From a virus (taxonomy: Duplodnaviria > Caudoviricetes), in IMG/VR virus record IMGVR_UViG_3300036045_000022, positions 1-47,260 of that record: DNA of 47,260 nt; one strand, given 5' to 3'. Shown piece by piece: positions 29,227 to 36,964 of the stretch. The position numbers and the translations under genes are program-made. Within the stretch, counting starts at the first letter, position 1, and every line of letters begins with the position of its first letter. The notes below the pieces were generated by a model that was not told the origin of the DNA, did not search any database, and saw only the letters and a program-made list of their open reading frames with translations.

Positions 29227-29972
29227 TGAAGCTGCTCGGCGGCGGGAAGCCGCTCATCATCCTGACGATCAGCGCGAACACGAGCGCGTACAACATTCGC
29301 ACGGCGGCGGGATCGCCTGCCTACGCATGCGATGTCGTCGTCACCGTGAACAGCGGGATCATCGTCAGCGCGTCCGGTGGCGTGGGCAGTGGCAGCGGGC
29401 AGGCGATGGTGACCGGGAGCGGATGGGCGGCGACGACCACGTTGAAGCTCATCAACAACGGCTACATCGAGGGCTTTGGCGGCAACGGCTTCGACGGCGA
29501 TGGCGGCGACGCGATCTCGCTCTCCTACGCGCTCACCATCGACAACACGAACGGCTACATCCGCGGCGGTGGTGGCGGTGGTGCGTTCGGCCTCTCGATG
29601 GGTCCGACCAACCCGCCATCGATCGCGGGCGCGGGCGGCGGCGGCGCGGGCGGCGGACAGGGCAACCCGGGCGGCGGCTACAGCGCGGGCGACACCAACT
29701 ATGGCGCGGCCGGCACGGACGGCGCGGCCGGATCGCGCACGTCGAGCGGTGCGGGCGGCTACGGCGGCGACAACTCGTTCTACGGCAACCGCGGCGGCGA
29801 CGGTGGGGGCGGCGGCGCGTGGGGCGATCCGGGCGGCAACGCGACGCTCAACGGCGCGGGCTTCGGCAACACCAACGTCGGCGCGGCTGGGTACGCGGTG
29901 CGAACGAACAGCAACGGGATCACGTTCCTCGGCGGGTTGAACGGTAGCCAGGTCAAAGGGACGGTCGGATGA
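29226..29972 (+). CDS. glycine-rich tail fibre/receptor-binding protein
   Basis: INNG.I.G.GG.G, GGGGGG and GG.WG motifs resembling polyglycine adhesins. Confidence 0.75.
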   Translation: MKLLGGGKPLIILTISANTSAYNIRTAAGSPAYACDVVVTVNSGIIVSASGGVGSGSGQAMVTGSGWAATTTLKLINNGYIEGFGGNGFDGDGGDAISLSYALTIDNTNGYIRGGGGGGAFGLSMGPTNPPSIAGAGGGGAGGGQGNPGGGYSAGDTNYGAAGTDGAAGSRTSSGAGGYGGDNSFYGNRGGDGGGGGAWGDPGGNATLNGAGFGNTNVGAAGYAVRTNSNGITFLGGLNGSQVKGTVG

Positions 29973-30250
29973 GCGAAGAAGCGCCCCCGCCGCCCCGGTA
30001 TCGCCTGCTCGCGCGCGGTGTGCGCGATGAGATCGACGGTGCCGAGTTCACCGCGGACGACACGGTGCGCTGGCCTGCCTACCTGGCGTGGCTCGCGTCA
30101 GGCAACGCGCCGCTGCCCATGATTGTCGCGCCGATCCCGACCGGCCAGGACTACGCCGCGCACGGCCTCGCACGCGCGGCGCGCCAGTTCAACAAGCTCT
30201 CACCCGACGACGCGGTGGCAGCGCTCTTGGAAAGGGAAGGTTATGAGTAG
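29969..30250 (+). CDS. tail fibre-associated hypothetical protein
   Basis: W.AYLAWLA.GN.P motif; coupled start. Confidence 0.6.
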   Translation: MSEEAPPPPRYRLLARGVRDEIDGAEFTADDTVRWPAYLAWLASGNAPLPMIVAPIPTGQDYAAHGLARAARQFNKLSPDDAVAALLEREGYE

Positions 30251-30527
30251 TCGGATCACCTGCAACCCGGCGACCGCGCACGGGAAGATGCTCGCGGAGC
30301 TCTGCGACGAGTTGATCGAGGCGCGCAGCAAGGCGGTGCGATTGAAGCGCGCGGTCGAGTCGATGGTGCTCGACACCGGCGACGGCGCGACGTGGGACCA
30401 GCTCGAGGCCGAGCTTGGCGTGCCTGCGGGTCTGGGGCAGACCGTCTACAACCTGATCGCGGGCGCGACGACGGCTATTCAGGCGACCGACATCCTGCTG
30501 CTCACCGACCGCATGGAGCAGGGCTGA
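30243..30527 (+). CDS. hypothetical protein
   Basis: GGAAGG SD; overlaps neighbours. Confidence 0.6.
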   Translation: MSSRITCNPATAHGKMLAELCDELIEARSKAVRLKRAVESMVLDTGDGATWDQLEAELGVPAGLGQTVYNLIAGATTAIQATDILLLTDRMEQG

Positions 30528-30922
30528 TGGCCGCGCGCGAATGGAACGGCGTGGACCGCCGACACGGTCCGGACGACCTTGCGAAGTGGCGCGCGGGCGT
30601 GGATGCGCGGCTCGATGATGGCGGCCGCGCCATCGCGGAAGTGCAGGCGGGGCTCGCTACGAACACGATGCTGACCGCGAGCGTGGACGCGCGCACCCAG
30701 AAGATCGAGGCGCAGCTCGCGCCGATAGCCGAGGCATGGGATGCGCTGAAGACCGGCTTGCGCGTTCTCGGATGGATCGGCAAGGCTGGCACGTTCGCGC
30801 TGAAAAACTGGCTCTGGATCGTCGGCGCGTTCGTGTTCGCGAAGGTGGTGATCCTCGGCGGAGGCCTCGACGCGGCGATCACCGCATTCTGGAAGTCTGT
30901 CGCGGCCGGGAGTGAAAAGTGA
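30527..30922 (+). CDS. membrane protein (lysis region)
   Basis: WNGVDRR N-terminus, coiled coil, C-terminal hydrophobic helix. Confidence 0.6.
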   Translation: MAAREWNGVDRRHGPDDLAKWRAGVDARLDDGGRAIAEVQAGLATNTMLTASVDARTQKIEAQLAPIAEAWDALKTGLRVLGWIGKAGTFALKNWLWIVGAFVFAKVVILGGGLDAAITAFWKSVAAGSEK

Positions 30923-31191
30923 CCCCGCATCAGGCCAAGGTCGGCGCGCTGGTCGTGCTCGCGTGCGTCGCGGGGTCGCTGCTGGTCGTGCTGCTCGCGA
31001 TTGCGACGGCGCGTCCGGCGCGGGCGGCGGCGCTGGGCTACGTCATCACGCTGGATGGCGAGCCGCATCTGGTCCTCAACGCCGAAGCGCAGGCCCGCCT
31101 CGTCGCGGCGATGAAGCAGCGGGATCTCGAAATCGCGGTGCTGCGCGAGAAGCTCGACGCGAAGGTCAGGGCGGAGTGCAACCTGATATGA
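30919..31191 (+). CDS. N-terminal TM protein, possibly spanin-like
   Basis: Hydrophobic N-terminus plus coiled coil ending near a Cys. Confidence 0.45.
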   Translation: MTPHQAKVGALVVLACVAGSLLVVLLAIATARPARAAALGYVITLDGEPHLVLNAEAQARLVAAMKQRDLEIAVLREKLDAKVRAECNLI

Positions 31192-31376
31192 CCACGCGCC
31201 GATACACAACGAGCGAGAGGGCGAGGGCGCGCTTCTTCGTGCGCGTCGAGCAGCGCGGGCGGGCAACGGCCCGCGACGAGCGCACGCTGCCGCTGTTCCC
31301 GTTGTGGTTGATCCTCGATGCTGACGGGACGCTCGCGCGCGAGTGCAGGTCGATCGTTGAAAGGACGCAAGCATGA
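31188..31376 (+). CDS. hypothetical protein
   Basis: ATGA couplings at both ends. Confidence 0.4.
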   Translation: MTTRRYTTSERARARFFVRVEQRGRATARDERTLPLFPLWLILDADGTLARECRSIVERTQA

Positions 31377-32623
31377 GACTCGCTTGGGGCGCTCGCGTCG
31401 ATGCGTCATTCCGCCAGAAGGCGGTGGCGGTCGCGACGAACATCGGATGCGATCCGTCGCACCTGATGGCCTGCATGGCATTCGAGACGGGCGAGACGTT
31501 CTCGCCCTCGGTGCGCAACCCGAACAGCAGCGCCACCGGCCTGATCCAGTTCATGACCGGCCCCGACTCGTGGGCGGTTGAGCACGGCTACACGCGCGAG
31601 CGGCTGATGTCGATGACGCCGGTCGAGCAGCTCGACGTGGTGGCCGAGTATTTCGAGCCCTACCGCGGCCGCCTGCGCACGCTGGCCGACGTGTACATGG
31701 CGATCCTGTGGCCGAAGGCGGTCGGCCTATCTGACGACGCGATCATCTTCGGTCCCGGCTCGCGCGCCTACCTCGCGAACCGCGGCCTCGATCTCAACAA
31801 CGACGGCGCTGTCTCCAAGAGCGAGGCCGCAGCGCACGTCGCGAAGAAGCTCGCCAAGGGCCTGCTCCCCGGCAACGTGTTCGACGGCGCGGAAGCGCCT
31901 GCCCCAGAAACTCAACCCGCCGCGCCCATCGAGGAGCGCGTCACCCCGCCACTCCCGCAACCCACGCCAGAGAGGAAACCTATGGCACCGCTGATCCCTG
32001 TCATTCTCAAACTGCTGGCGGGCGCGTTGCCCGTCGTGTCCACCATCTTCGGCCCGCGCGGCGAGATATCGGAGCGCAACGTCAAGCTCGCGCAGGTCGT
32101 CGTCGACACGGCCGTCCGTGCGACCGATTCGATCAACGCGCAGGAGGCGGCCGAAAAGATCGCCGCCGACGCGGACGCGGCAGCACGCGCCAACGCGGCG
32201 CTCGCGGCGCAGCCCGACATCGCGGCCTACCTCGCGGTCGTGTCACCCATCATCGAGCGTCAAGCCGCATACGAGGCGCAGGCGCGCACCGACTCGCGGG
32301 GCGATACCAACGACGCCGTGATCCGAAAGAACCCGGCGCTGATCACCCCGCGCGCCATCGCGTGGATGATCTTCGGGGCCATGATCCTGATCGGCCTCGC
32401 GATGCTCGTCTCGCTCGCGATCGTCTGGGTGCAGGCGTTCCAAGGCGACGGCCGTATCGACGCCTTCGTCGCCACCATCGCCACGCTCGCGGTCAACGCG
32501 ATCGCATCGATGGCGCAGTCGCCGTTCAGGGCGATTTTCGGAATCCTCTTCACCAGCGAGGCCGCCAGCACAGCCGGCGGCGTCGTTGACACGTCGCGTC
32601 AACAACTAGGAGCCAAGCAATGA
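31373..32623 (+). CDS. endolysin (lysozyme/transglycosylase-like) fused in frame to a holin-like membrane domain
   Basis: FETG.TF, ATGLIQF, QLD.V..YF, D.YMAILWP, N.GLD.N.DG; Pro-rich linker; C-terminal TM helices. Confidence 0.82.
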   Translation: MRLAWGARVDASFRQKAVAVATNIGCDPSHLMACMAFETGETFSPSVRNPNSSATGLIQFMTGPDSWAVEHGYTRERLMSMTPVEQLDVVAEYFEPYRGRLRTLADVYMAILWPKAVGLSDDAIIFGPGSRAYLANRGLDLNNDGAVSKSEAAAHVAKKLAKGLLPGNVFDGAEAPAPETQPAAPIEERVTPPLPQPTPERKPMAPLIPVILKLLAGALPVVSTIFGPRGEISERNVKLAQVVVDTAVRATDSINAQEAAEKIAADADAAARANAALAAQPDIAAYLAVVSPIIERQAAYEAQARTDSRGDTNDAVIRKNPALITPRAIAWMIFGAMILIGLAMLVSLAIVWVQAFQGDGRIDAFVATIATLAVNAIASMAQSPFRAIFGILFTSEAASTAGGVVDTSRQQLGAKQ

Positions 32624-33288
32624 GCGAAATCCGTGTTCGCATTCCCGATGGCGTCACACCCGCCATCCTGCTCGCCGTAGCGCAGGCATTCGCACTCGCG
32701 GCGCGCGAGGCCGGTGCGGTCGACAGCACCATTCCGAAGTCGAACCTGCCGGTGCCGGATGTCGGCCCGACCGTCACCCTGCCGCGCACCGGGCACGTGC
32801 TGCCAATGCCGGGCGAGGGCGAGGGTTTCATCGCCTACTACCAGCGCACCTGCCCGTACACCGGCGGCCGTCCCGAGGTCGCGGGCGCGCTGGCGATGGG
32901 AGGCGCGTCGGTGCTGCCGTCGCAGACCGGCGTGCCCGCTACCGACTGGCCGATCAACGCCGATGCGTTCGCTAACCCGGACGCCTACGGCCTCTCGAAG
33001 CCGTCCGGTCCCGGCGAGGATCAATCGCGGCTCTGGGAGGGCGCGACCGACGTGCGCACGATGTCGGCGGCCGACCTCGAGGCGCTGCTCGTGGGGATCG
33101 GCATCGACACCGTGCTGCGCGATCACGCGCGATGGGGTCCGCTGTCGGCCAAGCACGAGCTCTCGGCGCTGATGCACGCTTCCGGCATCCGCGACGACGG
33201 CACCGGCCACATCGTGCCGCCGCCGTCGTTCCCGCAGCTGGCCGCGTGGTCCGTGGAGCAGACCAAGCGGATGGCGGGGCTGGCGTGA
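32620..33288 (+). CDS. hypothetical protein
   Basis: AGGAG SD, ATGA coupling. Confidence 0.65.
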   Translation: MSEIRVRIPDGVTPAILLAVAQAFALAAREAGAVDSTIPKSNLPVPDVGPTVTLPRTGHVLPMPGEGEGFIAYYQRTCPYTGGRPEVAGALAMGGASVLPSQTGVPATDWPINADAFANPDAYGLSKPSGPGEDQSRLWEGATDVRTMSAADLEALLVGIGIDTVLRDHARWGPLSAKHELSALMHASGIRDDGTGHIVPPPSFPQLAAWSVEQTKRMAGLA

Positions 33289-33428
33289 AGGCCCGGTTCA
33301 ACTACCGCAGCGCCGTCACCGGCCGGTTCGTCACGGCCGGCTACGCCAAGCGGTATCCCCACATGACGGTCAGGCATCGCGTCCGGGAGCGCGCTTGCGT
33401 TGCGCTGCCACGTCCAGCCCGCAGGTGA
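33285..33428 (+). CDS. small basic protein (RSAVTGRFVT motif)
   Basis: GTGA coupling; RSA.TGRFV...A...P..TV small-protein pattern. Confidence 0.5.
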   Translation: MKARFNYRSAVTGRFVTAGYAKRYPHMTVRHRVRERACVALPRPARR

Positions 33429-33574
33429 CGGGAACAACAGCGGGCAATGCGCGACAGGGCCGCTAGACTCCTCCTCCTTGGGCGCGCATCGTGGGTCGGG
33501 CGATCCGTTCGCGGGTCGCCCCTCCACGTCAATAGCAACGGCGATATGCGCACCACGATCCCACCAGCGCCCGC

Positions 33575-33590
33575 TGTTTCACGTGGAACG
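33575..33590. promoter_or_regulatory. parS-like site TGTTTCACGTGGAACG
   Basis: Reverse complement CGTTCCACGTGAAACA matches the TGTTNCACGTGAAACA consensus at 15/16. Confidence 0.65.
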
Positions 33591-33608
33591 ATCGTTCGAT
33601 CCATAGAG

Positions 33609-33657
33609 TGGTAGGCCGTACTGGATTTGAACCAGTGACCAACGGATTAAAAGTCCG
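33609..33657 (-). mobile_element. attP: attP core: 3' half of tRNA-Lys(UUU)
   Basis: Minus strand CGGACTTTTAATCCGTTGGTCACTGGTTCAAATCCAGTACGGCCTACCA = anticodon arm, T arm and CCA end; next to the integrase. Confidence 0.9.
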
Positions 33658-33796
33658 AAATCCCCGGAAACCGGCCAAAATCGACGCAGGAGCCGACTTG
33701 GGCGTTCCAGGCTACCCCGACCCTCTGTAGCCCCGTATCCCGCCGCCTGCTTCGATCCCGGCCGGGTCTTGTGGCGGTCCGGCGGGCCGTTCCTCG

Positions 33797-33852
33797 CCCC
33801 ACCACCTGCACCACGCGCCCCACCGGCCCCCACCAGCGCCCCACCAGCGCCC
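33797..33852. repeat. integrase arm-type direct repeats (CCCACCAGCGCC-like); also 33550-33571
   Basis: Five CACC-centred units at 10-11-bp spacing on one side of the core, two on the other. Confidence 0.6.
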
Positions 33853-33861
33853 GCCCGGCGG

Positions 33862-34812
33862 TCACTCGTCCTTGAAGGCTCCCTGCAAGGCCCCCATCGC
33901 GTTGCGCAGCGCCGCGTCCGACAGGTGGGAGTAGCGCGCCGTGGTCTGCGTGGACGAGTGCCCAAGGATGCGGCCGATGGTCAGCAGGTCGACGCCCGCG
34001 ATGGCAAGCAACGAGGCCGTCGTGTGCCGCAGGTCGTGGAGCCGGACGTGCCGGAGGCCTGCGCGCGCCCGCGCCTTTTCGAACGCGCCGATCAACGGGT
34101 GCGGGGAACCGGAGAACGGGACGTGCACGAGGTACGGCTCGAGCAGCGGGATGATCGGGATCCTGCGCGGCGCGCCGGTCTTGGTGTTGATCCCGATGTC
34201 GATCACGTCGCGTCCGATCTGGGAGCGTTGCAGCCGAAGAATCTCCGACCGGCGCATCCCGGTGTAGATCGCCACCGCCGCGAACGCGCGCGCGCGCTCG
34301 TCGTCGTATGCGGCCAAGAGCCGCGTGACCTGTTCCGGGGTGAGGTAGACGTGCCTTGCGTTGTGTTCAGGAAGAAGGGGTATCTGCGACGACAGGTTCT
34401 CGCGTATCCATCCTTTTCGATGGGCGAATTTGGAAACCGCTTTGAGGACACATAGCCTGCGGTTGATCGTCGCGGCGGCGAGGTCGACAGCGCGATAGCT
34501 GTCCGCCACCTTGGTGATGTCGCTTACGGTCTTGCCTTCCACATGCTCGCCGAGTGCCAGCGCGTGCGAGCGCGTGGCCTTCTCGGCCTTCCTTCCGGCG
34601 ACCGACTCCCGCAGCCATATTTGGATGGCGGCAGGAAGCGGTACAACCGGAAGGCGACCGAGGTCGGCCTGATCGAAAATCTCGTTGCGCAGCTTCGCTT
34701 CTAGCGCTTCCGCCTGCCGACGTGTCGTGCCTTTCGGGCAGCGGCGATGAACGCGGATTCCGCGAAGCTGAAACTCGACGACGTGCTGACCGCCGTCTTG
34801 ACGGACTGCCAT
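33862..34812 (-). CDS. int: tyrosine integrase
   Basis: TGMRRSEI, KTG, HDLRHT, ILGHS and TARYSH catalytic motifs. Confidence 0.95.
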   Translation of the reverse strand: MAVRQDGGQHVVEFQLRGIRVHRRCPKGTTRRQAEALEAKLRNEIFDQADLGRLPVVPLPAAIQIWLRESVAGRKAEKATRSHALALGEHVEGKTVSDITKVADSYRAVDLAAATINRRLCVLKAVSKFAHRKGWIRENLSSQIPLLPEHNARHVYLTPEQVTRLLAAYDDERARAFAAVAIYTGMRRSEILRLQRSQIGRDVIDIGINTKTGAPRRIPIIPLLEPYLVHVPFSGSPHPLIGAFEKARARAGLRHVRLHDLRHTTASLLAIAGVDLLTIGRILGHSSTQTTARYSHLSDAALRNAMGALQGAFKDE

Positions 34813-34985
34813 GCTGCCCCCGCGATCTTTTCTTCGACGTATTGATCGAGGCTCGCCGCGATGATCGCGACGCGCCCAGGCGAGGGGCGAAAGTAACGCA
34901 AAGCACCGGACGCAAGCAAGCGGCGGACTCCCGTGTCGCTGATGCCGAGGCGCTTGCGCGCTTCGGCAACACTTACAGGCGACAC
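34701..34985 (-). CDS. xis: excisionase-like HTH protein
   Basis: VAEARKRLGIS..GVRRLL..G.L winged HTH; overlaps the int start. Confidence 0.7.
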   Translation of the reverse strand: MSPVSVAEARKRLGISDTGVRRLLASGALRYFRPSPGRVAIIAASLDQYVEEKIAGAAWQSVKTAVSTSSSFSFAESAFIAAARKARHVGRRKR

Positions 34986-34987
34986 GA

Positions 34988-35482
34988 TCAGTGGATTGCG
35001 GAGACGGCTGCTCCCGCCGTTTGCAGCGCGGTGATTGCGAGTGCGATCTTCGCCATGCGTTCGTTGCTCGGATCGTCGTGCGATGTCGCGGCATCGCGCA
35101 ACGACTCCGCCGACGACTGCGCGGCGCGGACCTTTCCCACAAGCTCATGCATCGCCCGCGCGAACCAATCTTCGTTCGCGACAACGACACTCATTGGATA
35201 GTAAGTGCCTTCGCGCTCGTGATTGTTCTTCGACGCCATCGCAGGCACATGCACCCACGGATCGGACTTCCCGTTGATACACGGCACCGCGATGCGGATC
35301 AGCCCGCGCGCTTGTTGCAGGCGGTATTCGTGCCCCGCCTTGGTGTCGTCCCACTCGAATTGCGCATGTAGCGGCGACGACTTCGAGCGAGCGGACTTCA
35401 CTACGTTGCTCGCTTTCAATCCTTCCGCCGCGCCGATGCGCTGCAACTCTTCGATCACTTCCTTACTGACCTTCTTGTTCAT
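34988..35482 (-). CDS. conserved phage protein downstream of the GGC-NN array
   Basis: AGGAG SD; SPLH..FEWDD..A...YRL.QAR.LIR motif. Confidence 0.8.
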   Translation of the reverse strand: MNKKVSKEVIEELQRIGAAEGLKASNVVKSARSKSSPLHAQFEWDDTKAGHEYRLQQARGLIRIAVPCINGKSDPWVHVPAMASKNNHEREGTYYPMSVVVANEDWFARAMHELVGKVRAAQSSAESLRDAATSHDDPSNERMAKIALAITALQTAGAAVSAIH

Positions 35483-35505
35483 CGAATTGCTCCTGTGAAA
35501 GTTTT

Positions 35506-35757
35506 GCCTGCCTTGCCATGCCTGCCTTGCCGTGCCTTGCCCCGCCGAGCCGAGCCATGCCGCGCCCCGCCATGCCACGCCTGCCATGCGCTTGCCTCGC
35601 CCCGCCGTGCCGTGCCGTGCCGGGCCCCGCCGTGCCGTGCCTGCCATGCCATGCCTTGCCCCGCCCTGCCCTGCCCTGCCACGCCCTGCCTCGCCTGCCA
35701 TGCCTTGCCTCGCCCCGCCGTGCCGTGCCGTGCCGGGCCCGCCGTGCCGTGCCTGCC
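35506..35757 (-). ncRNA. GGC-NN pentamer array, candidate guide RNA array
   Basis: About 52 GGC-anchored units with variable dinucleotides, punctuated by GGC-A units; begins at the stop codon of the RAMP-like gene. The repeat is certain; the RNA function is inferred. Confidence 0.75.
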
Positions 35758-36398
35758 TAGACGAGTTCGAACGTCCCCCATCCCAAGCCCGTCGAATCGC
35801 GGCTATCTGGGCGACCCTCACCGATGCCGACCTGCAAGCCGACGCGCAGCATCAGGTTGGCAACGTCTTCGCGGGAGAACTGATCGGCGTCGTACGACAC
35901 CACGACACGCGCACTCCACTCGCGCCACATGGGGCGAACGCGAATGTCCGGCGTGCGCGCCTTATTGCGAACCGCCATGTCGATGCGCTCTGGCGTTCCG
36001 ACTATCTTTACCAGTGGTACGCCATCCACCTTGTCGATCCCGTCTGCCGCTATGAAGAGAGACAGCTTTGCGAGCGTCATCTGGAATCCAACGAGACGGC
36101 ACGCCGAGACCATTGCTTGCCGGAATGCGCCCGCCGGAATCCCGCACCAGCCGTCCGCGCTGACGTGCATTGCGTTGTGGAAGTCGGCGTCAAAGTCACG
36201 CGCTTCGCGCTTCTTCTTCCCGCGCGATGCCGCGCTGTCCTGCTGCATCTTTGACATCATTGCCTGCATCGCCTTCGCGGTGAATCGCGCTTGCACATAC
36301 GGCGCGGTCCCGCGCAGGTTGAACACCGCCGTCTGCATGCTTGGGGCCTTGATCACCACCACAGGGGCCTTGGGCTTCTTCGTGTCTACTGCAGCCAT
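35757..36398 (-). CDS. stand-alone RAMP/Cas7-like protein (213 aa)
   Basis: N-terminal strand FNLRGTAP, IPAGAFRQAM helix, RP....W, and C-terminal Gly-rich loop GIGEGRP...GWGTF; GGAG SD. Confidence 0.8.
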   Translation of the reverse strand: MAAVDTKKPKAPVVVIKAPSMQTAVFNLRGTAPYVQARFTAKAMQAMMSKMQQDSAASRGKKKREARDFDADFHNAMHVSADGWCGIPAGAFRQAMVSACRLVGFQMTLAKLSLFIAADGIDKVDGVPLVKIVGTPERIDMAVRNKARTPDIRVRPMWREWSARVVVSYDADQFSREDVANLMLRVGLQVGIGEGRPDSRDSTGLGWGTFELV

Positions 36399-36889
36399 AG
36401 CGTCTTCTCCATTTCGAAAGGTTGAAAGGTGTACGGGAGGTAAAGCGGGTGCGCTGGCGACCTGTCGACGTTCATCGCCAATGCGTGCGGCTTCACGTTG
36501 TTCTGGTGGAGCATGCGCAAGACACGCAGGCCACGTTCCATGTGCGCGCCGTGCTTTCCCCACGCGCACACTACGAGCGACGACCTCGCGGCCGTGTGAA
36601 CGATCATTTCGTCGTTCCCGTCTCCCACCGGGTCCGTTGCCGAGTACAGCGCGCGCGGATCGGTGGAGCGAAGCGCGAACAGGTTGGTGACGAACAGGCC
36701 GCCGTAACCCCACATGCGAGCACGGCGTTCGCAGCGCTCCACCGTGGGGTCGTTGTCAACCTCGTCTGCGGTGCTCGGGTTCAACATCAGAAAGCAGACC
36801 GGCATCGCGGACAGGTTCCAGCAACGCCACAACTGAAAGCGGTAGCGCATGCACGGCGAGAAGATCGCGCCGCTCGCATCGGTTTCCAT
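36386..36889 (-). CDS. DUF1643 family protein
   Basis: YR..L.R.W, MLNPSTAD, DPT, NLFA.R.TDP, AWG and HPLY motifs. Confidence 0.88.
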   Translation of the reverse strand: METDASGAIFSPCMRYRFQLWRCWNLSAMPVCFLMLNPSTADEVDNDPTVERCERRARMWGYGGLFVTNLFALRSTDPRALYSATDPVGDGNDEMIVHTAARSSLVVCAWGKHGAHMERGLRVLRMLHQNNVKPHALAMNVDRSPAHPLYLPYTFQPFEMEKTLWLQ

Positions 36890-36903
36890 GCTGGTGTCTC
36901 CTG

Positions 36904-36941
36904 AAAAGAAAGGCCGCCCAAGCGACTGCGCGCTGGGCGGC
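36904..36941 (-). terminator. intrinsic terminator
   Basis: GGCCGCCCA...TGGGCGGCC stem followed by TTTCTTTT on the minus strand. Confidence 0.7.
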
Positions 36942-36964
36942 CTGTGGTTGCGGACGAAGAACGT

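Noticed and set aside
29226-29972. GGC-rich tracts here and at about 21340-21400 as further GGC-NN arrays
   Set aside because: They have 3-nt periodicity explained by Gly codons, not 5-nt periodicity.
23683-29972. Diversity-generating retroelement or invertible fibre cassette
   Set aside because: No reverse transcriptase, invertase or template/variable repeat pair noticed by eye.
33609-33657. Functional tRNA-Lys gene
   Set aside because: The 5' acceptor strand and D arm are absent; this is an attP core.
35506-35757. Canonical CRISPR array
   Set aside because: No 25-45-bp repeats with unique spacers; the period is 5 nt.
35479-36254. ORFs reading through the GCC-NN array (PCRA/ARHG-rich peptides; N-terminal extension of 34988..35821)
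   Set aside because: The repeat lacks stops in most frames, 4-nt units shift the peptide pattern, and the downstream gene has its own SD and ATG at 35482.
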